The translations under genes and the position numbers were made by a program. A stretch of DNA of 64,000 nt from contig CATNEN010000025.1 of the NCBI GenBank assembly GCA_950097015.1, positions 558,001-622,000 of the forward strand, written 5' to 3'. The notes beneath the pieces are model-generated. The model ran no database searches. It worked only from the letters and a program-made list of their open reading frames with translations, and had not been told where the DNA came from. Numbering within the stretch: the first letter of the stretch is position 1; every line of letters begins with the position of its first letter. Of this stretch, positions 13,416-24,053 are shown in pieces. The DNA is from Macrostomum hystrix. Taxonomy: Eukaryota > Animalia > Platyhelminthes.

Positions 13416-14479
13416 GCCAATAATTTAAGACAGTAAGAATTTAAGATAATTTAAGCCAGATTTAACTGTTGTATATCATGACAATTAAATATTATCAACG
13501 GTCGAGTGATAAAAAACTAAAAGAAATGATGCGAAATGCGGCATTTTAAATACCTGTCAGATAGATGTCATCTCTCGTCTCGATGAATTTAATTTCGCAC
13601 AAGATACAGTAAATCCGGAAGTAAAAAAGCAAGAACGATGTGTAGACTTTCGCAGTCTTTTCAATTAGATTGATAGGAAAAGAAACGAGAAGAGATTGAC
13701 GACTAACAAGATGGCCTTATTCTGCAATTTTGATAATCAAGTATTCGCTGGGAGTTGTTGTTTTGAATTTGAACCAATATTTTTAACGGAGCAAGAACAC
13801 ACCCGCTTGTCCAGATGGATTAAATTAAGGAGATATTTACAAGGGTGGAAAAGTCCCTTTCTCTATATCCGTATGTACTAGTATTGAATGTGTTTCTTGA
13901 GAGATAGCTAGTGTTGTTTGTGCCTTTAAGTTATAAACCTCAGAAGTCAGAATGTATTAAGGCGCTACTGTTTGTCCTACATTAACTTGTACTACCAATT
14001 ATATAGTCATTCTCATAAAGTTTTGTTTATCGTACTTTTATTTAGAACAAATAAGGCATTGTAAAGCCAAATATCGCACATTCTCCTCATGCATTGATCT
14101 AATACAGCAATCACGCATCCGCTGCATGCTTTCCCCCAGCTGACACGCAGCTTTTATCGGGGTTAACACCACAAATGACCTTGACGTCACGCCATGTTCG
14201 CGACTTCGCGTGCACTATGGAATTCAGATTAGCTAAAGACATTTTTGTTCAACTTTATATTAAAAGTTTACAACTTTATATAAAAAAACGTGTTACATAA
14301 AAAAATTAATTATTTATTCACAAGCTAATCAAATATCTTCACAAAACAGTATATCAGATTTAATGCAGCAAAACAAGAATAATGAGGAGTGAATTAAATG
14401 CGAATATAAAATGCGACTCTCCACTTTAAATTTTCCGATCTATTGAAAAACAGCATACATGTATTCAAATAAGGAGGCT

Positions 14480-14690
14480 TGTAGCCCCACAGTAAAAAAC
14501 TCGGGGTTCTGACCGTGAGGTCGCGAGTTCGTATCTCAGCCCAAGGGAATATGTGTCCTTTAGCAAGACACTTAATTTTCTAGTACTTCAGCTCACCCAC
14601 CTGTAAAATTGTGCTTGGGGCATGGAAAATCGGGCGGCTGTGGCGGGCTCCACAGTCCACGGACTGAAAAGATGTACACTGAGTAAGTGG
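14480..14690 (+). mobile_element. tRNA-derived SINE copy (family 1, CORE-like central domain)
   Basis: B-box-like GAGTTCGTATCTC, then GTGTCCTTTAGCAAGACACTTAA...CTCAGCTCACCCACCTGTAAAATTG and CAGTCCACGGACTGAAAAG; homologous to the reverse-strand copy at 26110-26372. Confidence 0.7.
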
Positions 14691-15109
14691 GATTTTATTT
14701 ATATTTTCTATTTCTATCCAAATAAACTCTTCACTCGTTATATATTTTTAATATGACGTTGAAAACTGTCTAACGTAAATGAATCTTGAAGATAGACAAA
14801 AAAATAAGAAAGAATAGTGACGGTATGACATCACACAAGCTGCCGCGTCACTTCTCAAGACTCCTGAGCTGGAGTGTTGCATCCATCGCACCGTGAAATC
14901 GCATGAATTATTGAACTGCTCCAGCTGATGCTAATTCATCTTCTGAGTACTGAGTAAAACCTGTACAGGTAGGCGGTAGCACACTTCTTAACTTGCATTA
15001 TTTATACCAGGCGGTTCAGATGTTTTAGAGAAAGCCGAAACACTTCAAAATCACATCGGTATATTTCAAGGTTAACAGCAGGATACCAAGCCATTTCGCT
15101 GTCGGTTTT

Positions 15110-15527
15110 TTAGGCTTGATCAGTGAATTTGAAGAAATTCGCGTCAGGGTGGTGTCCATAGTGGCTTATTTCCACCTGTTGTAGCCCTTGAAGGTCCAGC
15201 AAATCCGTCTAGATAAAGGTAGGTGACCACCAAAATCGGAGCTGATGCAGACACATTCGGGTGCTGATAAATTTTGAAGGCCTGGCAAGGCCACACTGAG
15301 GCGAGGTGTTAATTCGTGTATAGGCGTGTACGAAATACACAAGCGCTTATGGGAACAATTCGACCTTCGGCCAGAACCATTGAATATCTCGACGGTCTGA
15401 AGAGCTGACAATCAGATCTCAATGTTCCGCGACTTCTGAGTGTTTCAGAAGATGCGCAAAAAAAGTTGGCCCGTGTTCTTGAGTTTCGTGTGCTTGTGTT
15501 GTTCCGTTCGGGTGCAACAGAAAATTG
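15110..15527 (+). mobile_element. Dispersed non-coding repeat family A, copy 1 (probable non-autonomous DNA element)
   Basis: Aligns by eye over about 400 bp with 44554-44945 (same strand) and 33392-33695 (opposite strand); shared blocks include CCGTCTAGATAAAGGTAGGTGACCACC and CCATTGAATATCTCGACGGTCTGAAGAGCTG. Confidence 0.85.
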
Positions 15528-16032
15528 TCAGGTGTGGATTTCCCTTTACCACCCCAAGGAAGTTCTACTGGTAAACTTAATCAGCAAAGCATGACATCAG
15601 CCAATCAGAATTTTACGCTGCCTACTTTTCTGCTTTTTCAGTCCGTTGTATAGTGCACCGTCATAGACTGTGGAATTGTGCAATTGTACTAGGCCTCGTT
15701 TTATTTCTAAGAATGAAATTCATTTCTAAAAACTTTTGTTTTGTAGCGTGCAAAAGTTTTTAGCGAACACAGTTTTTGATAGGCAATGTCCATATTCTAT
15801 CAGTCTGGTTGAGTAAAAATCATTTCCGAATGTCTCTTAAAGAACTGGACTAGTTTCCGGTCACAACCAATTGAGTTGTTACAGGCACAATGCATTCCGT
15901 TGGCACTAGAAATTTGACAAAAGAATGGTGACGTCAACGGCTATTAACAATTTTCAGTTATTTTACTAACATCGCAGTACGATGGTCACTTTGGACACCA
16001 GTCAAGGCTAGCATGCTATTGACTTCCTATAG

Positions 16033-16290
16033 CAGACCCCCCATCAACTCAAGAAGGACAGAGCAACCAGCGCGGGCCGAAATCTTGAAGAAAGATTTGA
16101 GTGGAACAGGAAGGCCGGAGCTTCCATGCAGGAAGTCAAGCTGGGGGCAGGGACAGAGAACAGGCGTCCTTTACGGCCTCGGCCTCAGAAAGTCAAGTAT
16201 TTACAGAAGCGAATACAATGCTATGGCTTCACTGACATGCGGTCATTAGAGTCGACATTAGTACAGTATTTGACAGGCAAATACTATTAG
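16033..16290 (+). CDS. Candidate orphan exon (85 aa plus stop, basic, no recognisable domain)
   Basis: Follows acceptor-like gacttcctatag; open in phase 0: QTPHQLKKDRATSAGRNLEERFEWNRKAGASMQEVKLG...LVQYLTGKYY*; GC-rich island in AT-rich flanks. No homology recognised. Confidence 0.25.
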   Translation, partial: QTPHQLKKDRATSAGRNLEERFEWNRKAGASMQEVKLGAGTENRRPLRPRPQKVKYLQKRIQCYGFTDMRSLESTLVQYLTGKYY

Positions 16291-16719
16291 TTTGTTTTTA
16301 TTGTACGTACGTGCACGATGCCAGCTACCGTTGAAGGCAGTTTTCAACGCTAAGGAAACCAGACTTGAAATTATGTTAGCAGACATTTGCAAAACAAGAA
16401 ATCACAAACTAAAATAATAACAAGTCTCGTCATTAGATGGTTTTACGGTGAAAATAATTTGCAGTGACCTTTCTTGTATGCAAGTATTAATCAATGTCTA
16501 ACAGGCAAAATGACTTCGACTTCTAATTGAAAATGGACAGTGATAGAAGAAACGTTAATTAAGTCGATGGTAATTTACATTAAAAGGCTAGATAAGCAAA
16601 AAAACATGACAGACCAGTTAGTTAATCATTCGAGGCTGCAGTGAACAGCTGGACTTCAGATTTCCTGAAGTGCGAAGTTCTTGAGTGGAAGAACTGTTTT
16701 CTATTTGCTAGAAAAATCT

Positions 16720-16885
16720 CTGATTGGCTTAGGCACAGGGGGCTTGCTTTTATCACCCTCGTTCCTGATTGGGCCGTCGATATTTATTTAAACCTGATTG
16801 GCTGAGCCAGGGGGCATTCGATCTTTTGATCAGGTAAAAAGCAACAAAAATGCTACCCTGGCACCGAAATCAGTGATTGGCCAGG
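16720..16885 (-). promoter_or_regulatory. Cluster of four reverse-orientation CCAAT boxes (TGATTGG)
   Basis: ATTGG at about 16723, 16768, 16797 and 16876, each preceded by TG. Confidence 0.4.
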
Positions 16886-17374
16886 CACACCCTATCGCCC
16901 TATCGCGTACTTTCTAGTTTTCTAACATAAATAATTGTTTACTATCAGCGTTTTAACCATTCTATAAGCTCAGGCTTAAGGCTGATATTTTAGCTCCAAA
17001 ATACTTCGCAGTAATTCTCTCATAGAGAATGCATTTTATAGCAATTTATTAGTGAACTCTATATTTATAAGATGATGAGGTCATTAAACCGACACGTATA
17101 AATGTTCTCTTTGCATAATGTAATGAATGGCATTATAAATAGGTAGCTTCGTTCTAAGGAATTGTAATTGTTGCTATAGATTTACTTTTTAGTTCCTATA
17201 ACTATAGTTCCTAACTGTTATAACTCACGAGCGAAAGTACTTTTGCGCCGTCAGTCATGCAGAATTACAATGAGCCGTGTCAAGTAGCGAGAGCTTTGAG
17301 TTCGATGCACGAGGAATTTTGAAGTGAGAACCGCACAGATGTGGACAATCATGTCATTGACGGCGTTTCAAGAA

Positions 17375-20300
17375 TTACACTTGCCCGTCATCGAACGACG
17401 GCTGCTTGTCGGAGTCCTTCACAGCCTCACCGTCGAGATCCTCCTGACGTCTCATTCTGGAGTTGCCGTTGACGCGAATCATGGCTTCTGTCACCTCAGC
17501 CGCCACCGCAGCTGACGGCTTCAGCAGCTTTAGGCCGAATTCTTCCCCGTCGTCAATATCTTTGGGAGCTTCGCGGATGCCGAGGCCGCGTCGTGTCGAA
17601 GTCCGCCAGGTGCGTGTCCGCTGCGACCTTGCCGAGCTGCGCACATTCTGCGCCAGGGCTTTGAGATCGCCGACAAACAGCGACGAAGTGGTGCTGAATA
17701 TGAAGAAGTGCGTCAGGTGGTTGAGCCGCTCCAGCACTTTCCAGATGAACTCCAGCCGGACGCACCTGGTGGCGTTGTTGGCAAAGTCGCACAACTTGCT
17801 GACGCCGAGCGGCCAGATGACGATTGGCGAGGTGAACAGCAGGTGGCAGAGGGCCATGCAGAACACGGTGCAGAAGATCTTGTTGGAAGAACGCCTGGAT
17901 TTGGGAAGCACTACTTTCAGAACTGTTTCTGGCATGATTTTACTGTGAACTTATCTGCTTTTTCTAAGAGCTTGTAGCCCCGCGTTTAGGAATTTCTGAA
18001 CGCGAGGTCAGGAGTTCGCGAATCTCAGCTCAAAAGAAAAAATTCTGTAAAAATTTGAGCGCGTGTGGCAGCCGCTACCATTGAAAAAAATTCTATTAAG
18101 AATTGAAAATTCTTCGTCCATTTTCACTTTCTCTTCACTGTTCAGGTTCGCTGAAGTGTCCAATCGGCGCTCGCTGATTGGGTGTAAACACCCACCCCAG
18201 ACACCCACCCCTCCGCCTTGAGCTGGGTAGTATTTCAGCCGACGCCCGCGGACTGCCCAGCCTTGTCTCTTCGCGCTGCGTGGTGTGAAAATTTCTCCTT
18301 ACTGCAATGGCTGAGCTTCCAATTGACCCGCTTACGGCTCGCCAGCTAAGAGACCGCCTGATTCAACTTGGCCTGCCTAGCAGCGGTCGTAAGTGTGAAC
18401 TGCAAGTCAGACTGGAACAATCCAGTTTAGCCCGCCGAACCACACGCCGCGTGCAGCAAAGGTCAACCGCATCGGCCCAAGTCGAGGACGACGGCAGCAC
18501 CTGCAGCGAAGAGGACGGCGAGGCGAACCCGGACCAGGCGAGTGATCTGGGAGGCGGCGAGAAGTCCGGAGGTTGCGAGCAGTCGTGGATCAGCCGGATC
18601 TTGTTGTTCCCTTTCGGGATGGCACCAAGGGCACTGACGACGTCCGGCTTGTTGCTAACTTTCACATAACGGCCGTTGGCCACTTCTTCGCGCACCTGCT
18701 GCTCGACCAGTTGCCGATTACTGTCAGCGGAGAAGTAGTTCTGAGAGAAAGTGCTATTAGGCTGATTGTCAGGGGCGCTGGGGCAGGTGAGGCGGAAGCC
18801 CTTGCGGACACCGTTCAGCAGGAAGTCACGATCGGGATCGCCGAGCAGCTCGGAATCTCAGGCGGCGCTGATAAGGTCAGAAGAGAAGGCAACGGACTCG
18901 ATGGGCTTAGCTTGAGGCCGGCCAGGGGGGAGCGGGTGACCGACCTTGTCAGAATCGGCCGGTGCAGCTTGGCCGTCGATCAAGTCCCCCGGCCGGCCGC
19001 AATCTAGTTTTTTGACGTGCAGAGCTGGCGCGGGTGCGCCGCGTAGCAGGCAGAGCACGCGTGTCTGAACTTGCATTCGCGTCTGTGGCAGCTGTTTTGG
19101 TTGAATTTGACGCACAGCTCCCGACCTTCAGCGTCGGTTGGGCCGGCAAAGCCGCTTGTCTGGTTTCTCATTTTGCTGAACTTGAAGCCAGGCCGCGAAT
19201 AGGTCGAACTGCCAGCAGGATTGGATTTAGAATGTGCTTGGAGAGCAGCTGCAACGACTCCCGCTCCCAGCTGCCGCTGGTCTGGTGCTGCAGGATCCTG
19301 AAGTCTTCATTGTAGTCGTTGAGGGCGGCCTGGCTGAAGCCCTGATGCATAAACTCGCCGAACTGTACGCAGTACCGCACATAGGCTTTCAGCTCACTCA
19401 AATCCATGGTGCCGTTTCTCATTGTGACTAGGGCACCGTCGTCAAGCAGTCTCAAGCAGGATGCGGCCGCTGCCTGCGACCCACTGGCCGGCCGTGATGT
19501 TCTCAGTTCGGGCTCTCGTCTTCGCTGATTGGGGCGCAGGCTCCTCGAAGTCACGATCGATGAAGTCTCTCACCAGCAGAGGCCTCGAGGTGGCAGCTGG
19601 CTTGGTGTAGCTGCCGGGGAGTTCCCAGTCTGACACTTGGCAGTGTCACAATTTCACAATGTCAAAATTTTCACACCACGCAGCGCGAAGAGACAAGGCT
19701 GTGCAGTCCGCGGGCGTCGGCTGAAATACTACCCAGCTCAAGGCGGAGGGGTGGGTGCCTGGGAGTGTGGTGTTTAGTCTTTAAAAAACTCAGACAGAAG
19801 AGAGAGGAAGTATGCAGTCCAACTTCAGTTAGGTATCGCAGCCTTCGGGGGTCGGTGGCAGAGCGGTTATCGTGTTTGCCTCTCGCACCACGGTCCCTAA
19901 GTTCAATTCCACGGCGAGGCCACATTTATTTGGGGCGCAGCCGCGGAGAGAAGGCTTGAGGGCTTGTCGTGCAATTTACGCCCTTGATGGCCAACCTCCA
20001 AGGCACAGTGAAAGTATACACTGCCTGACGATGAGAAAGTCAGGGCAGATGTACACACCTGTGTGAGCGTGTGCCTGCGTACAGTATCTGTGCGTATGTG
20101 CTCAGGAGTCAGCGAAATGGGCAGAATTGCCTCCTCGCTGGCTGCGGGTCTAGTGTCACTAAATGATGTGCCACTGCCCGCAGACCTCCTGCAATTATTA
20201 TTATTATTATCGCAGCCTCCCCAGTCCACGGACTGAACAGTTATTCGCAGCCTTCCGATGCTTGCGCAATACCCGCGGCTGCGCCACTGTCTCTACATCT

Positions 20301-23300
20301 GGGGCCAACAGGATTCGGTACTAACTTATTTCTGTCTGTCTTCTAACAATAGCCCCGTAAGAATGCCACTCGTTCCAGGTTCAAAAGTGAGTAGTTTGAT
20401 GCCTCCTGACCTAAGAAGCCGATCACATTGTTAGTTAACCCCGAAGCAGCTATTATTGAGACAAAGCCAGTTGCAGTCTATAAAGTCACAGGGTCTAATT
20501 CAAACAGAAAATTACAAGCATGCGTCAGTCCCGTATAGGGCCGAGTTTAAACAAAAGGGGGAAATTTTACTCTGAACTTAAATTGTTCCTTTGTTACTAA
20601 AAGAAAGTTTTTTTCAAATTAGGGTGATTTCTAACTGTTTGAGAGCTGCAATTAATAGTTTTTTTCCACAAAACTTTAAAGAAGGTTTGGGAAATTTTAG
20701 CTACGCTCGTACTTTTAGATTTTAGTGCGAACGAGTTTTTGTAAATTTTTGTGCATTTTCAATTTTTAAGGATGGTGCGAAGAACTGCAATTAGCTAATA
20801 ACATTGCAAAATATTTGGCGGTGGACAGTGAACAGCTCTTTTGACTGCAACCAAGCTAATAATGGTGGGATACCCTGGCACCACCCTGGAACGGAACCAG
20901 CCATGCCATCTTCACTGACACCCAACTGTCTTCACTGACACCCAACTGTCTTCACTGACACCCAACTGTCTTCACTGACACCCAACTGTCTTCACTGACA
21001 CCCAACTGTCTTCACTGACACCCAACTGACATCACTGACACCCAACTGTCTTCACTGACACCCAACTGACATCACTGACACCCAACTGTCTTCACTGACA
21101 CCCAACTGTCTTCACTGACACCCAACTGTCTTCACTGACACCCAACTGTCTTCACTGACACCCAACTGACATCACTGACACCCAACTGTCTTCACTGACA
21201 CCCAACTGTCTTCACTGACACCCAACTGTCTTCACTGACACCCAACTGTCTTCACTGACACCCAACTGACATCACTGACACCCAACTGTCTTCACTGACA
21301 CCCAACTGTCTTCACTGACACCCAACTGTCTTCACTGACACCCAACTGTCTTCACTGACACCCAACTGTCTTCACTGACACCCAACTGACATCACTGACA
21401 CCCAACTGTCTTCACTGACACCCAACTGACATCACTGACACCCAACTGTCTTCACTGACACCCAACTGACATCACTGACACCCAACTGTCTTCACTGACA
21501 CCCAACTGTCTTCACTGACACCCAACTGTCTTCACTGACACCCAACTGTCTTCACTGACACCCAACTGTCTTCACTGACACCCAACTGACATCACTGACA
21601 CCCAACTGTCTTCACTGACACCCAACTGACATCACTGACACCCAACTGTCTTCACTGACACCCAACTGTCTTCACTGACACCCAACTGTCTTCACTGACA
21701 CCCAACTGTCTTCACTGACACCCAACTGTCTTCACTGACACCCAACTGACATCACTGACACCCAACTGTCTTCACTGACACCCAACTGTCTTCACTGACA
21801 CCCAACTGTCTTCACTGACACCCAACTGTCTTCACTGACACCCAACTGTCTTCACTGACACCCAACTGTCTTCACTGACACCCAACTGTCTTCACTGACA
21901 CCCAACTGTCTTCACTGACACCCAACTGTCTTCACTGACACCCAACTGTCTTCACTGACACCAAACTGTCATCACTGACACCCAACTGACATCACTGACA
22001 CCCAACTGTCTTCACTGAAACCCAACTGTCTTCACTGACACCCAACTGTCTTCACTGACACCCAACTGTCTTCACTGACACCCAACTGTCTTCACTGACA
22101 CCAAACTGTCATCACTGACACCCAACTGACATCACTGACACCCAACTGTCTTCACTGACACCCAACTGTCTTCACTGACACCCAACTGTCTTCACTGACA
22201 CCCAACTGTCTTCACTGACACCCAACTGTCTTCACTGACACCCAACTGTCTTCACTGACACCCAACTGTCTTCACTGACACCCAACTGTCTTCACTGACA
22301 CTCAACTGTCTTCACTGACACTTAACTGTCTTCACTGTCACTTAACTGTCATCACTGACACCCAACTGAAACTAACTTCCTGACTGACATGTTTCTCAGG
22401 AGCCTCAGCAGTCTTCACTGACGGAGGCTGGCTGCACCATCAAGATCAAGCTACAGCCTTTCCTTATCTGACTGCCATCCACAAAGCCACTCAGAAGCAG
22501 ATCATTCAAAACTCACCTTCCCGTTGGACCGCCGCCTCCTCCGCCTCTGCCTCTGCCCCTGCCACCGTCAGTGTCTCGGTCGCCGCCTCCACGTCTCGCA
22601 GCGGCAGCTATAGCAGCCGCTGAAGCCGCCAAATTTCGCCTCCGCCGGCGGCCCAGCCCGACCAAAATCACTCCGTTGGTCGTGACAATTAGTACGAATG
22701 GTATGTAAGAGTACATCAGCGAGTCCAGCGTGTGAAAATGCTGCGACAGGTGATGAAATCGTTGGTCGGCGTCGCACAGCCAGCCCGGCTCAATTATGAC
22801 TAGCAGGTAGGCGTTGCAGATCGCCAGAACAGCGCCGGTGACAATCAGGGCCACCATGCCGTTTCTCAGCTGGCACATCACACGCATGTCGAAGGGCCGC
22901 AGTACGCAGATCAATCTTTCGCAGCACATCAGGCAGATTATCCACACTGAGTATGTGCTCAGCCAGGTGTGCAGAAACATTGGCGCCCGGCAGCCGAGGT
23001 AAGGCCTGATGTCTACACAGGTCGCCGTCATGAGCAGGTGCCGCAGACAGCCGTGCACCAGCACCAGGGTGTCGACAGCGCATAGAGCGGTCAGGAACAG
23101 AGCCGTGGAGCCCCTGGAGTCACGAATGCGCCTGGACCACAGTACGCAGGAGACCAGGTTGGCCGGTACTCCAACAGACAGGAACACCAGGGGGTAAACC
23201 AGCAGCAGGTAGCGAATCACCGCGTCACCGTCCTGACCGTCGAAGATTGACGTGGCGTTGCCGCGCGGCGAGCAGGTCGGTAGAATCAGTTCCGACGACG

Positions 23301-23304
23301 GCAT
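17375..23304 (-). CDS. Class A (rhodopsin-like) orphan/peptide-type GPCR, 2 exons
   Basis: Exon 1 23304-22517 (ATG MPSSELILPTC; NAT sequon; TM1 GVPAN; TM2 LCAVD; TM3 CCERL; TM5 SYIPF), donor ag|GTGAGT. Exon 2 17894-17375 after CCAG acceptor; the phase-2 join gives GPTGRRSSNKIFCTVFCMALCHLLFTSP (TM6), then ERLNHLTHFFIF (TM7) and a C-tail. Confidence 0.88.
18185..19776. mobile_element. Rearranged, degenerate DIRS-type (tyrosine-recombinase) retrotransposon remnant with about 110-bp inverted terminal repeats, inside the GPCR intron
   Basis: 18185-18294 is the reverse complement of 19665-19776. + strand 18307-18570 encodes a SAP-like motif (LTARQLRDRLIQLGLPSSGRKCELQVRL). - strand 19636-19005 encodes gag-like pieces (TAGQW; YNEDFRILQHQTSGSW; CVKFNQNSCHRRECKFRHACSACYAAHPRQLC), followed by an RT N-terminus (*DSELLGDPDRDFLLNGVRKGF...SALGAIPKGNNKIRLIHDCS) truncated at about 18570. 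Stops and a frameshift are present. Confidence 0.8.
19845..20210 (+). mobile_element. tRNA-derived SINE (family 2) with (ATT)n tail and apparent 11-bp target-site duplication
   Basis: A-box-like GGTGGCAGAGCGG, B-box-like AAGTTCAATTCC, (ATT)n at about 20194-20210; TATCGCAGCCT at 19834-19844 and 20208-20218; 5' part homologous to 26665-26790. Confidence 0.65.
20908..22372. repeat. 20-bp minisatellite (CTTCACTGACACCCAACTGT)n in the GPCR intron
   Basis: About 73 near-identical units with a recurrent ACATCA variant. Confidence 0.99.
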
Positions 23305-24053
23305 TCCAAAGACACGGGGAGCTAGAGAGAGAATCGAATCTAAAGTCTGTCTGCAGTTTCTGACAGTTAGAAAGTTAGCTTTTGTCTGGCGAGTCCGCTG
23401 CACTTCCTGCGAACCGCCCTCTGTCACGATTGGCTAAGGCTCCGAATTCAAAGATCCCGTTTGAGGACTTGGTTTGTATTTTAACTAGTGCTACTAGTGA
23501 GTAGTATACGTCAAGTTTTCATGAATTTGGCTAGTTTAATAGCAAAGTTAGTCAGTTGTATATTTTGTGTGATAAGTGAGGCGCAAATAACGCATAACAT
23601 GCTTAGATCAGTCAGGGGAATTCAAATGGGCCTGACAATTATGGGCAATATGCGGCTAAAATTGAGCACCTAGATGATTAAAATTGTTAGAAAATTGGCA
23701 TTGTTGGCTGTTAGCATTGGTTAACTGAATTTTAACTTAGCGAGCAGTAGTAGTTTCATTTTTGCTTAAAATCTGGTACAAGTCATTGTGGAAGCAAGAG
23801 TGGATTAAAAAGAATCTTGGGTACAGAATTCAAAGTAAAAATATTTAAGACGCTATTTGATAATGACGATGAGAGAAGTTCTGAGCTGTTACTTTTGTCA
23901 CGCGTTCTACACACCTCTATTCGTACTCTATAACTACTTCCGCGATGAGAACATTTTTCCAACTATAAAGGGGATGGAAAATAATTTAAAATGTGTGTTG
24001 TTAATAGACGCTTAAAACCCGTGCAGTGCTACTTAACAGTAGCTAATTCATTC

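Noticed and set aside
15166-15411. Short ORFs within repeat family A (also 44563-44821) as a possible transposase remnant
   Set aside because: Frames are not conserved between the three copies and no catalytic motif is visible.
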